Of a stretch of 64,000 bases of DNA, positions 25,493-39,314 are shown one piece after another. Position 1 is the first letter of the stretch; every line of letters begins with the position of its first letter. A model generated the notes under the pieces. The model ran no database searches and had not been told where the DNA came from. It saw only the letters and a list, made by a program, of their open reading frames with translations. A program made the position numbers and the translations under genes. This DNA comes from Eledone cirrhosa (Eukaryota), in assembly GCA_964016885.1 (NCBI GenBank), contig OZ024743.1:78244001-78308000 (forward strand), given 5' to 3'.

Positions 25493-25495
<3 letters not shown>
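20131..25495 (-). mobile_element. Penelope-like element (Naiad/Neptune-type) with ~1.15-kb inverted pseudo-LTRs (20131-21279 / 24294-25457)
   Basis: Frameshifted ORF ~24290-21368: IKEADKG, FDVVNLY, GTTMGTKTAPTYANL, YLDD, KCDRPNCGIC linker, IYVLTCSGCREQYIGQT GIY-YIG. Confidence 0.93.
20242..20281 (-). ncRNA. Variant type-I hammerhead motif in pLTR; identical copy at 25307-25346 (+)
   Basis: UUGAAAA-GCAUU aga AAUGC-GCAA-CCG-GUA: U3-A8 covariant core, palindromic stem III, A13C deviation. Confidence 0.55.
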
Positions 25496-25552
<57 letters not shown>

Positions 25553-25559
25553 TATATAT

Positions 25560-26912
25560 ACTTTGTTTCTAGGGCGGGTAAAATTCCCGAGATCCATGGA
25601 CTAGTTCTCTCCAGCGGTCTCTGTCCTTCATTATCGCTGCCATATCCTGCGTCTACAACAGACTAGTGTCTGTCCTTATGGCATCAACATACGTTAACCT
25701 TGGTCTTCCTCTTCCAGTGTGTCCATGTAGGGGCTCCCACAGGAGCACTGAGTGCAATGTCAACTCTGGATACTGGTGAGCATGTCCAGCTAACCTCAGT
25801 CTTCTCTGTGTCACTTTTGAGCTGACTTTTGGGAGGCTTCCATACAGCTTTGAGTTTGTTCATCCTCAGAGTATACTGATTAATGTTCAGAGCCATCCTC
25901 AGCATTCTCGTGTAGCACCCATCCATCATCTGAGTGAGTTTCTTGGTCAGTGTCCAAGTCTCAGACCCGTACAGCAGCACAGACTCCACTACAGCAATGA
26001 AGAGGTGGATTTTCAGGTCTTTACGTAGGTCTGACTTCCACACCGATCTCAAGCTGTGGAACGCCGCCCAGGCTTTGCTCTTCCTCTCAACCACATCATC
26101 TTCCGTATTCCCAATCTTTGCTCCCAAATACAGGAAGACCTCAACCAATTCTAGCGGCTTCCCGCCTACATTAGTGATCCCATCTGGCTTCTCAACATTC
26201 TCTACCAGATATTTTGTTTTAGTCTCATTCATTCTCAGCCCCACACTCATCGACACGGTCTCAACCTCCTGCATCAAATCCTCTGCCTCCTTCACTGTAT
26301 TTGTTACCAAAACTATGTCGTCGTCAAATTCAGCATCCAATACATTTTTCGCCTTAACTCTCCTGCTCTGAGCCGGTGCTACAGTAAAGCCAGAGTCCTG
26401 GTGTTTCTCCAGTGCAAGGCGCATACAATAGTCCACTACGATGATAAAAAGATAGGGAGCCAATGTATCTCCCTGGAGCACTCCAGCCAGTATCTCAAAG
26501 AACTCTGTCATCCCATCAGGCGTAATGACTTGGGCTTTGGTGTTGGTGTAGAGCAGTGATATCAGGTCCACTATCTTCTTCGGGATTCCATAAGCCTGTA
26601 AGATCTTCATCAGGCAGTGACGGTCCACAGAATCAAAGGCCTTCCTAAAGTAAATGAAAACCATGACCGCAGGAAGGCACTTTGCTCTAGCTCCCTCTAA
26701 TATCCTCCTCAGCATCAGGATGTGACTGGTTGTTAATCTTCCTTCTCTGAAGCCATTCTGGTTGTCCCTGAGCTTCTTCTCCATCTCAGGCTGGATCCTG
26801 TTAAGAATCATCCTGTTGAGGGTCTTTGCCACAAGTGACGTCAGTGAGATCCCCCTGTAGTTGTTGGTGTTAGAGAGATCTCCCTTCTTTGGCACTGGGA
26901 CGATGTTACTGA
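25560..26912 (-). mobile_element. 5'-truncated RTE-group LINE with 403-aa RT ORF
   Basis: PKKGDL..NYRGISL, GVLQGDTLAPYLF, FDDD, LLYGSETW. Confidence 0.9.
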
Positions 26913-26915
26913 TAT

Positions 26916-26946
<31 letters not shown>

Positions 26947-29900
26947 CTAGAAATCTAGCTCGGCGTTGCTCGGGTTTGTTCATTTGCTATGAAAAGTTAT
27001 ATACAGGTAAACATGGCTTGAAAGCGAATAAGCTTATCAATTAAGTGCATAAGCAGTTGAACCGGTTATTAAATGTTACGAACCAATTAGCATTTTCGAC
27101 AATCAATGATCGGTTAATAATCTTCCAATAGCGAATTTAGTAGACCAAAGTTGCAAGATGGTGGCCCTGATGCCGCTGGGTGTCAGATCTGTCCGCCATG
27201 GGTGACCCTACTAGGAAATATTTTTCCAGACAGCATAGATCCAACACCTCCAACACCTGCACCAACATCTATAGCACCTCTTTGTAGACGATATTGCGTG
27301 TCATCCCTTCAGCAAAAAGTCCATTCCTGCTCCCTACGCGGGAACAGGAAACATAAAGTTGGCCATGGGAGAAGCATGGCTCCTACAAATGGATGCCCGC
27401 CACCAACAATGTTTGCCCTTGTGACTTGTTAATGGACATGGCAAAACATGGTCTCACCGGGTATTGGGATTGCCGGAAATCGAACGGGATATCTGACGCC
27501 GAGGGGAAAAGTTTCATCCTTGGAATGAAAATATTCTCCCCTCTCCCGCACCCCGTTACAATGGTGACCTCAATCAAGAGTGGCGTCAGTGACTTGACGA
27601 CCATGCGAGTACCGTTGCACTGCTTTGGTGGACGCAAGTTCCTTATTAGCATAATGGGAGAGCCAACCCGAAGTTTAAGAATGTGAGGTGGGAGCCCTGG
27701 GGTCTCAAGGGAATTTAATAACTCAACCCGATAATTAACGATATCGTCGGTGTCTGACGTCCGGTCGATAGATTTGAAAGTGTGCTCTTTACCGGGAATC
27801 TTCTCAATCAGCTGCTCGTTAATAAAATGAACCATAGTATTTTTCGGAACAAGTATGGCTCTTTCGCTGAGCCAATCGAGGTTTTTAAAGTTAGATGAGA
27901 CATTAGGAAAAACTGCTTTCCAAAGGTCAGAAGGGCTGCTCACAATGTTGCACAGGGAGTCGATTGCTATGCCGCCCTTTTCATCCGCAGGGACCTTGCC
28001 ATCACTAGGTGCTAAAATGTTCTGAGCAAATGCTGCAGACATGTTGTCACCATGCAAATGAGCACGCATATTTGTGCTCAGGTAAACATTTTTCACCTGG
28101 AACCACAACATGGACGACTTAAGACAGGTACGCACTTCATCAGCTCTTGTCCCTTTGGGGATGACAGGCAGCGTTTGCCGAAAATCCCCTGATAGCAGAA
28201 GGGTTACGCCACCCATAGGAGCCGTAGAATCCCTTATGTCTTTCGGGGTGCCGTCCAATGCCTCAAAGGCACCCTTGTGTGCCATTGTGCACTCATCCCA
28301 AACAATGAGGCAACATTTTTTGAGAACCAGAGCTTCGTGTGAACTCTTGCTGATATTGCATGTTGGTGTCTCAGTTTTTACTAAATCCGAGGGGAGTTTA
28401 AAGGTTGAATGTGCTGTCCTGCAAAGTAGCAGCGATCCCGGACGATGCAAAGTCCAACGCAATTTTTTCTCCTGACGAATCTTAGCGAGAATCAATTTCG
28501 TTACAAAAGTTTTTCTGGTACCCCCAGGAGCATCGAGAAAATAAATACCCAATGATAGTTAAATAGGCAAATCTTTGGTCCGACAGAAGTTTGAGATCAT
28601 TTTCTTCTAAGTATTGGGAAAGAGATTCGATGTCATATGCTGTTTCCCGTAACAAATCCGGGGCCAACGTGTTAGCTTCCACTCTGACGGTTGACGGCAA
28701 GCCATACGTCGCCAACTAACTCCCACCCATGTCGAGGAGGGCGTCCTCGATATCAACGAGTGCCCTGTTGTAGATAATGTCGCTGTAACCAACTTCCACT
28801 GAAGGATACTGCAGATGAGCCATGCGTAGGAAGTCCTCAGGCATAAAGTCTCTGTACTTGACCCATAAAGATTTGGGATCACCCAATTCACACTTTTGAA
28901 GCAAAATGGCAAAGAGTTCCCGTAGACCTTTAGGTGATTTAAACAAAGCACTCTCTGCTAAAGGGGAATCCCATTGCGAATCATCTTCCAAAAGACCACA
29001 CTTAAAGCAGACTTCCCGGTACGTATCACATATTTCTCCATCAACAGTTTTGAGGTCCTGAAAACTTTGTGGACCTACAACTTCATGCAGAAGAAGGCGG
29101 AGATGAAAGCATTCATGCTGACTTGTGGGCACAGTGTAAACCATTCCAAGACAGCTGTCAAATTTTGCACCAGGATGTCTTTCAACAGCCTGACCTGACT
29201 TTCTTCGCACCCAAGTGTTTTTCGACTATATAAAGTAGGATGGAACCTGGGGGTACACAATTGTTTGCACAAATGTATCGAACTGGCAAAGTTTGAAGAA
29301 ACCCGTCAGAGTGGTCTCTTTCTGATCAGCGGCCAACTTGGCGGCGGTTTGGTCCGTAAAGTAAACCCTTTGCCCATTTTCAAAATATACTGCAAGCTGT
29401 ACGATGGCGGGGTGCGGTTGGTGTAGGGGTAAACCAATAGGCGCCAAAAAGCTTCATTGCTACTGATGTACCGCCCCGCCAGGCATTCTGTGACCTCGTC
29501 CCTGCTATTTTCAGCTTGAAATGCGAACATTGCGGCATCAGAGCCCTTATTTACATATTTGCATATGTATTTTATCTACTTGATGGAGTTGCAAAACTCA
29601 AAGTTGATGTGGACAGTAAGGGACCACCCATCTATTGTCGACTTGACCTCCCTTTACTGTTGTGATGAAGCCACCGTTCTCGGGCCGTCTCCGCCTGTAC
29701 AGGGGTACCCGTCGCCACCAGTCTGAGTCTGGTCAACAAATGTTTTGGGGTATCCCTTACTGCACGACCCCCCCCCCCCCCCTTTCAGACACGTGTGATG
29801 CTCATTAGGACCCGACGCACACGGACCATGTTAGCTTTGACGATATCATGTAATTCCTGGTCAGTTGCTGGGTTAGGGATTTCAGCCGAAATGAAGCTGT

Positions 29901-30606
29901 CTATGGTATTTGAATTGATTTTATCAACTAACCAAATCAAAATGTGAGCATGTGGCAGCCCTCGTTTTTGCCATTCGACGGTGAACATGTCACATTTTAC
30001 AGCCCCAAATACCTGACCCTTTTTGATTAAAGCCAGTTTCAGTCTGAACACTCTGGCAATGAGGTCATGTATGTTCTAAAAATGTTGCCCAGGAAAAAGT
30101 TCACGGGTTACATTCCGATTCATATGTCTATAGAATTAATCTATTATATGAAGTGTTATTTTGCGGGTTGCTATTTGCAATAAGCCGATTGAAAATGCCC
30201 AAGATAAGCCGTATGTCAATACGGAGCGCTCAATACGGAACGCTCCACTGCAGTGTTGTCATATAGGGAGTGAAGAGTGACAGAGAGAGTAAAGCAATTA
30301 AATTATAGAGAGAGGGAATATACGGAACGCTCCATTTGATCATACACATTCTTTCTCTTTTTGCAGTGTTGTCATATAGGGAGTGAAGAGCGACAGAAAG
30401 AGTAAAGCATTTAAATTATAGAGAGGGGGAATGATCATGATCGATTTTTGCCCTTATTTTTGATGGATTTGACATTTTTTTGCTTCATGATCTTTTCCTG
30501 ACCAAAAGTAATAATTGTCCCGACTTTGAATAGAATCCGTTGAAAATTGTGGACGTGAATCCGTTACAAACCTTAACACACACATCCTCAGATTTATATA
30601 TATAGA
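26947..30606 (-). mobile_element. Degenerate Helitron with HUH Rep and PIF1 helicase remnants
   Basis: 5' TC and 3' hairpin+CTAG in an A|T target; EWQKRGLPHAHIL; DAPGGTRKT, WDECTM, GDFRQTLPV, FAMSINKSQGQT; ~130-bp tandem duplication at 30230-30430. Confidence 0.93.
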
Positions 30607-30608
30607 TT

Positions 30609-31307
30609 TCTATATATTAATTTTTTTTCAACAACGTCAGTATTCCGTGTGTCATAATTCTTGATTATCATTGGTTCATAGGTTTCAAAGGACTCCGCCC
30701 ACCTCAACGACGCCAAACTTAAATTAATATGCATAATGCCAATGAGGGAGTGAGAGGGGAGAGTAAGAAACAGAGAGGCAAAGTTCACGCTGTAACTATT
30801 ACCATGTGTGCGTGTGTATGTACGTGCGCGAATGTTTAAAATTCGAATGAAGAAAAACGGGCCGAACAGCGCCATCGGAACGCCGAACTTCAGAGGCGAA
30901 GACGTGCCGCCATGAATGAAGAGGAGCTGGCTGAACAACACCAACGAAACACTGGAGCCAAGCAGCGACGGCGTGCTGCGAAGGTTGAAGACGAACTGGC
31001 TGAGCATCATCTTTTACAACCACGTCTATGCAATGATACACGTTTTACAGTCAGGCAGAAGATGAACCATCTCCTAGAGGTCACTATTCTAGGTGGGAGC
31101 ACCTAGAATTGTTCATATACTATGCACAAACAGTACAACGAAGAATCTGGTATATCTGGAAGATTTTTTTACTGTTTTCTGTATCACATAGACACCACGG
31201 ACTCGCCTCATACTGTAACCAGACAAACATCCAATACAGTCATTTTCTCTTTTACCTGTCTTCTCTTACCATCTGTTTACCCGGGCGAAGCTGGGTACGT
31301 CAGCTAG
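30609..31307 (+). mobile_element. Short non-autonomous Helitron
   Basis: Starts TCTATATATT and ends CCCGGGCGAAGCTGGG...CAGCTAG|T; N-terminal remnant (EEELAEQHQRN) and C-terminal remnant (KNLVYLEDF). Confidence 0.75.
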
Positions 31308-31710
31308 TATATATAATATTCGTTCTACTAATTTATCATTTTCGTTTTACTAATTTATTTACATTATTCTTAACTCTCAAGCCGAGAATCATTCAGTTTC
31401 CTAAATAGAATATTAGTCTAACAACTCTATTTATACCATAAACGTGGTTTTGTCTTTGCGTGTAATTGTTCTCAACGCTCCACTAACGACGTAATATCTT
31501 CGCTTTTTCCGTTCATCGACAGGGAACGTTTCCACGAACCAAAGTATCGTCTTTCTGTTTTCTTTCGGTTGCAACGTTTTTGAAATATTTAATTGTGCGT
31601 TCACAGATTGATTTTTTTAGTTTCAGAAGATCTCGTTAAGGGTAAAAGCAGCGATTCTTTGCTTAAACTTTAATCTGTTATTTTAATAAATATTATATAT
31701 ATATTATATA

Positions 31711-31784
<74 letters not shown>

Positions 31785-32895
31785 TAATATACATTCATGT
31801 ATACATCGCTCTGAAATAGCGATGTATACATGAATATATGTATAGTATATTTGGCAATATACTGTATGCTTAATTAAAAACATTTTGAAGACCTTGCGCT
31901 ATTGTTTGTTGAAAAAAGAAGTAAGTGACATAGTCACTACTTTAAAATAATAGCTTAAGGTCTTCAAAATGTTTTTAATTAAGCATACAGTATATCGCCA
32001 AATATACTATACATATATTCATGTATACATTGCTATTTCAGAGCACCAATCCTAATTTTCAATATATGCTGGACCAGCAATCGTTCTGTATAATCAGTTC
32101 CTGATTATTACTGGAATTCTATAAGAATCCAGTATCTATAATTTTCAACAAACATCGGCGAGTGCTAAGCTTTGATGATCACCAACAGTGTGAAACAGAT
32201 CTGTCAGCTTATCTCCCTTTGTTTGTTGAAAAAAGAAGTAAGTCACATAGTCACTACTTTAAAATAATAGCGGAAGGTCTTCAAAATGTTTTTAATTAAG
32301 CATACATACAGTATATTGCCAAATATACTATACATATATTCACAAGACATGAAAAATACGCAAGCTCAAAAGAGCCACAGAATGTTATAATAAACCTTCA
32401 GAAGTGTGGGACTAGAGTTGTTACTCAAAAATATTGTAATCATTATCTATCGTACATTCTGTGGCATCCTTTATAAAAATATCACAATAAATACATCTAT
32501 GTTTAATGTAATAACAGCTATAAATAATTACGTAATATTATTATCATATACTCATAGTAACAAAATAATTGTGTTGAAAATTAATATGATGCTTATATGA
32601 ACGATCAAATCTATAATGATAATTTTATTAATATACTAATATTAAAATAATTTAGTTATATATTGTTACATTTTCATCGAACTATAACATTATCAATCGT
32701 ATTGTATCATAAAATTGTTTATCACTGCAAACTTTCATATTGGAATTACCTTAAGCCATTTATCAGTACTTCGCTTTCGTACTTTTATAGATGTAGATAT
32801 TCGGCTGTATCTTATATCTAATATCATGATCTCATGGTAATTTGCATGCAGTGTAAAATAGGTTTATTACTAACTTTAATATGAAATGTATTATA

Positions 32896-32976
32896 CAGGG
32901 CTGCGGAGTCGGCCAAAAATTGACTGGCTCCAACTCCGGATCCGATACTCCATTATTTCCTAAATTTCGAGCCCTG
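32896..32976. mobile_element. 81-bp hAT-type miniature element
   Basis: TIR CAGGGCT/AGCCCTG; 8-bp TSD GTATTATA/TTATTATA. Confidence 0.6.
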
Positions 32977-33362
32977 TTATTATATTAATTTATTTATTTT
33001 ATAGTTGTAAATCATATTTTTATATGTTACACTCTAAGAATGAACTAAGTGAAATAGTGTAAAAAGAAAGGCATGGTTGATTTAAGCTAATGTCCAATAT
33101 CTCATATTAGATGTTTAGCAATGATTAATAGGAAATGCACTTAAACCGAATACTATATTATAAATTCACTTAATTAATTATCGTGTCGTCTTGAGTTCCT
33201 TATGAGTCTCTTTTTTATAAAAGGATGCCACAGATTTTATAAAAAAGAGACTATGAGTATATGATATTAATATTACGTAATTATTTATAGCTGTTATTAC
33301 ATTAAACATAGATGTATTTATTGTGATATTTTTATAAAGGATGCCACAGTATGTACGATAGA

Positions 33363-33535
33363 TAATTGTTTCTACTTTAAGCACAAGGCCAGCAATTACT
33401 GGTACTTTATTTTATCGACCCCGTAAGGATGAAAGGCAAAGTTAACCTCGGCGGGATTTGAACTCAGATTGTAAAGGGACGTAACTATGCTAGAAAGCAT
33501 GGCGTCCAACCCTCTACCGATACTGCCAATTCACA
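33363..33535 (-). mobile_element. tRNA-derived SINE
   Basis: Same family as 18150; TSD ACGATAGATAAT; absent from the inverted paralogous arm at 32440. Confidence 0.88.
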
Positions 33536-34914
33536 CGATAGATAATGATTACAATATTTGTGAGTAACAACTCTAGTCCCACACTTTTGAAGGTTTATTA
33601 TAACATCCTGTGGCTCTTTTGAGCTTGCACATTTTTCATGTCTAGTTTAATATTTTTTTTAAGGCATCGATTGTAATAACTCTAGTTAAACATGATATAT
33701 ATTAATAATAAATTATCGTTGTAATGTAATTAGATTATATAATTGTTATTATAAATGATCTTATAAATATGAGTGTAAGATGTATAAAAATATTTTCAGA
33801 CTTTTAATATAAACAACAACAAAAAACAATCAATATTAAATCAATATATTATACATAATAGAAAACCTAAAATAAATAAACAATATAAAAATAAATTATT
33901 TACATACAATTGCAATTATCAGTCTATATAAATTTTCTTTATTCCCTGAGCAAATTAATGAGATTTGTTCTTATTGCCCATAATTTGATGACTTTTTGGA
34001 GTGTATTAAAAGATAACAACAATTTGTGATTAAATTGTTATCTTAAGCAACTCCCTTTTTAATAGTTGTTGGCTGAGCGAAATTGGAAAAGCCTATGAGC
34101 AAATATTTTAAAAAATACACAAACTACATTTCCCTGTAATCGGAACTCTGCCTATACTCGATTGCAATATATAAAGAGGAACAAGATACAAAGATATATT
34201 TCTTTATTTGGCACAAGGTCGCAAACAAATGGGACATTACAGAAGATCAATATACGCTATTTTGAAGTGTTTAACATTTTTTTACAAACAAAAATTTAGA
34301 ATCGTTTTGTACAAATGATAAATTAAAAAATATTTGTACAAACTTTTACGATAGACTTTCATCTTATCTATTGACCGCCTAACCCTAACCCTAACGTCAA
34401 TATATTACATTTGTTTTAAAAATAGTTAATATGAATTTAAAAAATCATATAACGACGAAATAACAAAAATAAATGAACTAGGAAAACAAACAAAAAAACA
34501 TGGCGGATGCTTTTGAGCAACACTTACTCTGATTGGTTGAAAATTAGCCAATGGCATGTAATCACCACGGCCACGGTCAGACCTTGAAAAAAAATTGACG
34601 ATCTACACATATATGTTAGAACACTAAAGTGACTAAAACATTCTGTTGTTAGTCACTTCGTGTCTAACAGATATATACTGTATATATATATATATATATG
34701 CTATATCAGTGACCTGACAACCAATACAATTTCCTATCTAGTAATATCAATGAAGTTCAAGGCCATTATTATTTCGTTGTTTAGAAGGATAGGGGAAATT
34801 CATGTATAACTGTCAATAAAAATTTCTAAAATTTCGCATTCTTCTTATGTAATTTTATAAACCATTTTATAACATCGTTAGTATTTCTCCATAGATTAGT
34901 TACTAATGAAACCC

Positions 34915-35565
<651 letters not shown>

Positions 35566-36484
35566 AAAACATACATATCTCAGAAAGAAAGAACTCTGTA
35601 CAAAGAACGTTTTTAAATGAATGCTTGGAACAGCCTTTCAAAAAAAAGGTTATTCGAAGGAATTTTTGATAAATATACACATATCTACGCTCACACACTG
35701 TACTCAGGGAAACGTGTATAGTTAAGAAGCTACACATATATACACAGATGAAAAAAAGAAAGATCTACACATAGGCATTGATACCCTTACACATACATGT
35801 TCATACAAATACATCCACCCAGACATGTGTAACACGTGCGCATGCATATTTGCATGGACACACATACATGTACCCGCGTATGTGCATGCTTGTACATTAC
35901 CGAAGGCACATACTGAATACCCTCTCATCCGTACACACATGCGCAAAAAAACGTTATAAATATATTAAAAAAGTCAGAAAGATAAAGAAAGTAATCATAT
36001 AACTTATAGGGAGAAAAATAATAGTCTTATATAAAAAAATCTAAAAATATTCCTGATATTGCAAAATTTAGGCTTCAACACAATGTCATTTTAAAGAGTT
36101 ATTTGAGGAATCTAGATGTTGAAAATGGTAGTGTTCAGCCACTTGGATATTTTGAGGAAGAAGCAAATTTGAATAGCTAGAATGTGTACAATAGTAGTTG
36201 AACTGGTCATTTAGGAGAGGCTGCTGCTTGCATGGTTCTAGTGGTCGTTTCTGTTGCTGTTGTTGGTTCTGTGGTTGTTGTTGTTGGTGCTTTGGGTGGA
36301 CAATATTTGAAGTAAAATGCCTGTGGACTAATTTGAAAGACACTTCAAAGTGCCTCATATAATCTTCGTTTATATATATATAAATATATATAAAAATGTT
36401 GAGTATATGCTGGTTGTATTACTATATATAGCAGTACATCTTTAATAAACGAAGCCAAATTTTAAATATTTGATTTAATTATTT

Positions 36485-36551
<67 letters not shown>

Positions 36552-36610
36552 CAAGTAATGCACCAAGAAAATTATAAGCTTCGGCGAGCAAGGAAATTAG
36601 GAATTTATTT

Positions 36611-36722
36611 GCTTTAACATATGTTTCCGTGTCTATTTTAATTGTCTACATATGCTGACTACAATATATATTGTTCAATCATATGCAATACTTAAGTATT
36701 TTCACACACTTCATCAGAAAGC
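36611..36722 (-). ncRNA. Type-I hammerhead ribozyme with 83-nt stem-II domain, at a PLE-like pLTR end
   Basis: GCUUU-CUGAUGA-[83 nt]-GAAA-CAUAU-GUU-AAAGC, followed by AATAAA and (TA)n. Confidence 0.75.
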
Positions 36723-37269
36723 TTATAATTGTTTGTGGAAGTGACTATCCACCACGCGGTAGAATTCAGGAATGGGAAGTTAAGTATAAAAATGCTATTT
36801 ACGCTTAGGAAAATATAAAAGAGGAATAAATCAAAATGACAATAAAAAATAGAATAAAACAAAATGCAGTAAGTTAGTGTGATAAAGAAGGCATTGGAGT
36901 TTCACTCTCAGAAGTTGATTCAGCAGCCAGCTTGACAGGCGAAATAGGCAGCAGTAACAACTATCACTACCATTAACAAGCGGAAGGCAACGACAGCAAC
37001 AGTGACAATAACAACAACAACAGCAATTTTCAGGATTTATAGACTCATCTTTAGCTACATGGTTCCAAGAGAAACTGTTAACATGCTCACATGTGCGCAT
37101 ACAAATCTCTGGGTCTTTTCCGCTGGGAACAGCCCCTGGTTTTGCTTGTCCACCTATTTATTTATTATTTTCTCGTGTGTGTCCCTCCATGCCCCACCCC
37201 CTTTTTTTTGTCTAGTCTTCTGTTGCCTCCGGATATGGCGTAGTTGAGCTATGAGGCCTCCCTCATATC

Positions 37270-39310
37270 AGCACGCTGCCCACATCCCCTGATTCTGTTT
37301 TTTCCCTTCCACCCACATACCGTTGAACCTAACGCCCAGGCCGGTGACAACCAGCCACTTGCCGTTGAGGCCATTTAGTGCTCCAGTCACCGGCGCCACC
37401 ACTCATCCTTCATACCCACAAGTCGACACCTGCAGCACTTGCAGTACCACGAACAGGCGAAAGAGGGGCCGGAACTGTTCGGGGTGCGGCTGTTTCCACC
37501 ACCTTACTTGTGTTGGCTTGACGCGTCGAGCCACCAGTGCCCTAAAGGCGTGGAGATGCAGCCACTGTCTCTTCCTATTGTCTGCTCAGCCGCGGCCGTC
37601 CACTACACCACCAGATGAGACAGCGAGCTTGTCTGATGCTGAAGCCTCACTGGTCAACACCGCTCGGCTCAGGCGGCTCCGGAAGATTCCGCTCAAGATC
37701 CTGACAGCAGCCCGTGTGCCGGTAGCCGATGCACTCGCGTCCTCAATCGAGAGGAACCTGGACTCTAATCAAGCCTGCAACTGGGAGCGCCTTTTTTATT
37801 TCGCCTCACTCGCCCTCGGCCTCCCCAACTCTGGCGCTGACCAAGGTGGCCTGTCACAGATTTTGTCAAGGCCAATGGTTCGATCTTTGGGCAAGCGCTC
37901 ATCGCAAGTATGCCGAACAATATCACACTCTCTGCTCTCGGGTGTCTTCAATCCTCTACCTCTGAGGCCAGCGCAAAGCGTTTACGCGAGCGCGTAAACG
38001 CCATACTAATCATGGGTGATATCTCGGCTGCAGTCAGTGTGGTTGCCTCGGAGGACACTGTCCTCCAACCCACCGAGGAGGTCCTGGCTGCCCTGCGGAT
38101 CAAGCACCCTGAGCCACCTGTCGACCTTAGACCCATACCCCCACCAGATGCTCACTTGCTCTTTGTGACTTCCGACGCAGACATTATGTCTGCCATCTAG
38201 TCCTTCCCAGTCAGCGGCAGCGGAAGTGCTGATGGCCTCCGACCTGGCCACCTCAAGAAATTTTTATTCCCCCTCTCCGCTGAGGCCCGGCGCCGCCTTC
38301 CTAGTGCAATTGTGGCACTCACTAATAGGTTCATTCATAGTGCCCTGGATCTTCATGCCCGATGTCCTTTTTTTTCATGAAGAAAGATGGTGGCATATGC
38401 ACCATCGCTGTGGGCAACGTGTTCCGGAGGCTGGCCGCCAAGCCGGTCTGCAGGTCCATCACACCTGAACTGGGCGAGGAGCTCATCCCAGTGCAACTGG
38501 GTGTTGGCATGTCCGGTGGCTCTGGGATGGGGGGGGGGGGAACATACAACCAAGCAGTTCTTCAGCAGTTGCCCACAGGAACTGGAATTCAGTGACTCCA
38601 GGCACCTCATAGTCAAAGTAATGCCTTTCACTGCCTACGCCGTGACCATCTGTTTGATGCCTGTCTCAGCTGAGCCCCGTCTATCTACCCGCTGGCCTAC
38701 CTGTCATATAGAGCCCCGAACATAATCCTTGCTGCTGATATGGTCATACCTTCAGGCACTGGGCTCCAACGGGGTGACGCTTTGGGCCCCGTCCTATTTG
38801 TTCTTGGCATAGACCACATTGTTCGGAGTATCCCGGTCCCTTTCAATGTTTAGTACCTGGATGATGCTACGTTGGGCGGGCCCGTGGAGATCGTTTGCCA
38901 CGACCTACAATCGGTGGTTCCTTCTCTGGCGCGAATCGGCCTCTAGGTCAACTCGTCCAAATCGGAGGTGGTGAATGTCAACCAATATGCTGAGAGTTTT
39001 GCAGCCTCCGTCTCGCATTTGCGGTCTATTCTCCTCCAGGTACAGGTGAACCCTAAAGAGGATGTCTTCATCCTCGCGTCACCGATCCACTCGCCGGCCA
39101 TCCGCTCCACTATCAGGTCCAGGCTCCAGCAACTCAAGACACTCACGAGCTGAATGGGCATGATTGGTGCCCACCCAGCCCTCTTCCTGTTGCGGAACTG
39201 CTTTGCCATGCCGAAGCTCCTCTATACTCTTCGTAGCGCTCTGTGCTACAGCCACGTATTTCTCCTTGCTGACCCCGACACTTGTATCTGAGCGGCAGCA
39301 ATGCAATGTC
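37270..39310 (+). mobile_element. CRE-clade non-LTR retrotransposon remnant with N-terminal PHD-like finger
   Basis: DGLRPGHL, KKDGGICTIAVGNVFRRLAAK, QLGVGMSGG, GLQRGDALGPVLF, YLDDATLGG; CSTC...CSGCGCFHHLTC...WRCSHC. Confidence 0.8.
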
Positions 39311-39314
39311 AGGT

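Larger units (their letters stand above)
31791..33645. repeat. Cluster of local fold-back inversions and duplications
   Basis: 31808-31895 vs 31957-32044 inverted; 31894-32020 repeated at 32220-32342; 32344-32558 vs 33250-33645 inverted. Confidence 0.85.

Noticed and set aside
34378-34394. (TAACCC)n telomeric motif
   Set aside because: Fewer than three units, probably internal to a small repeat; not a telomere.
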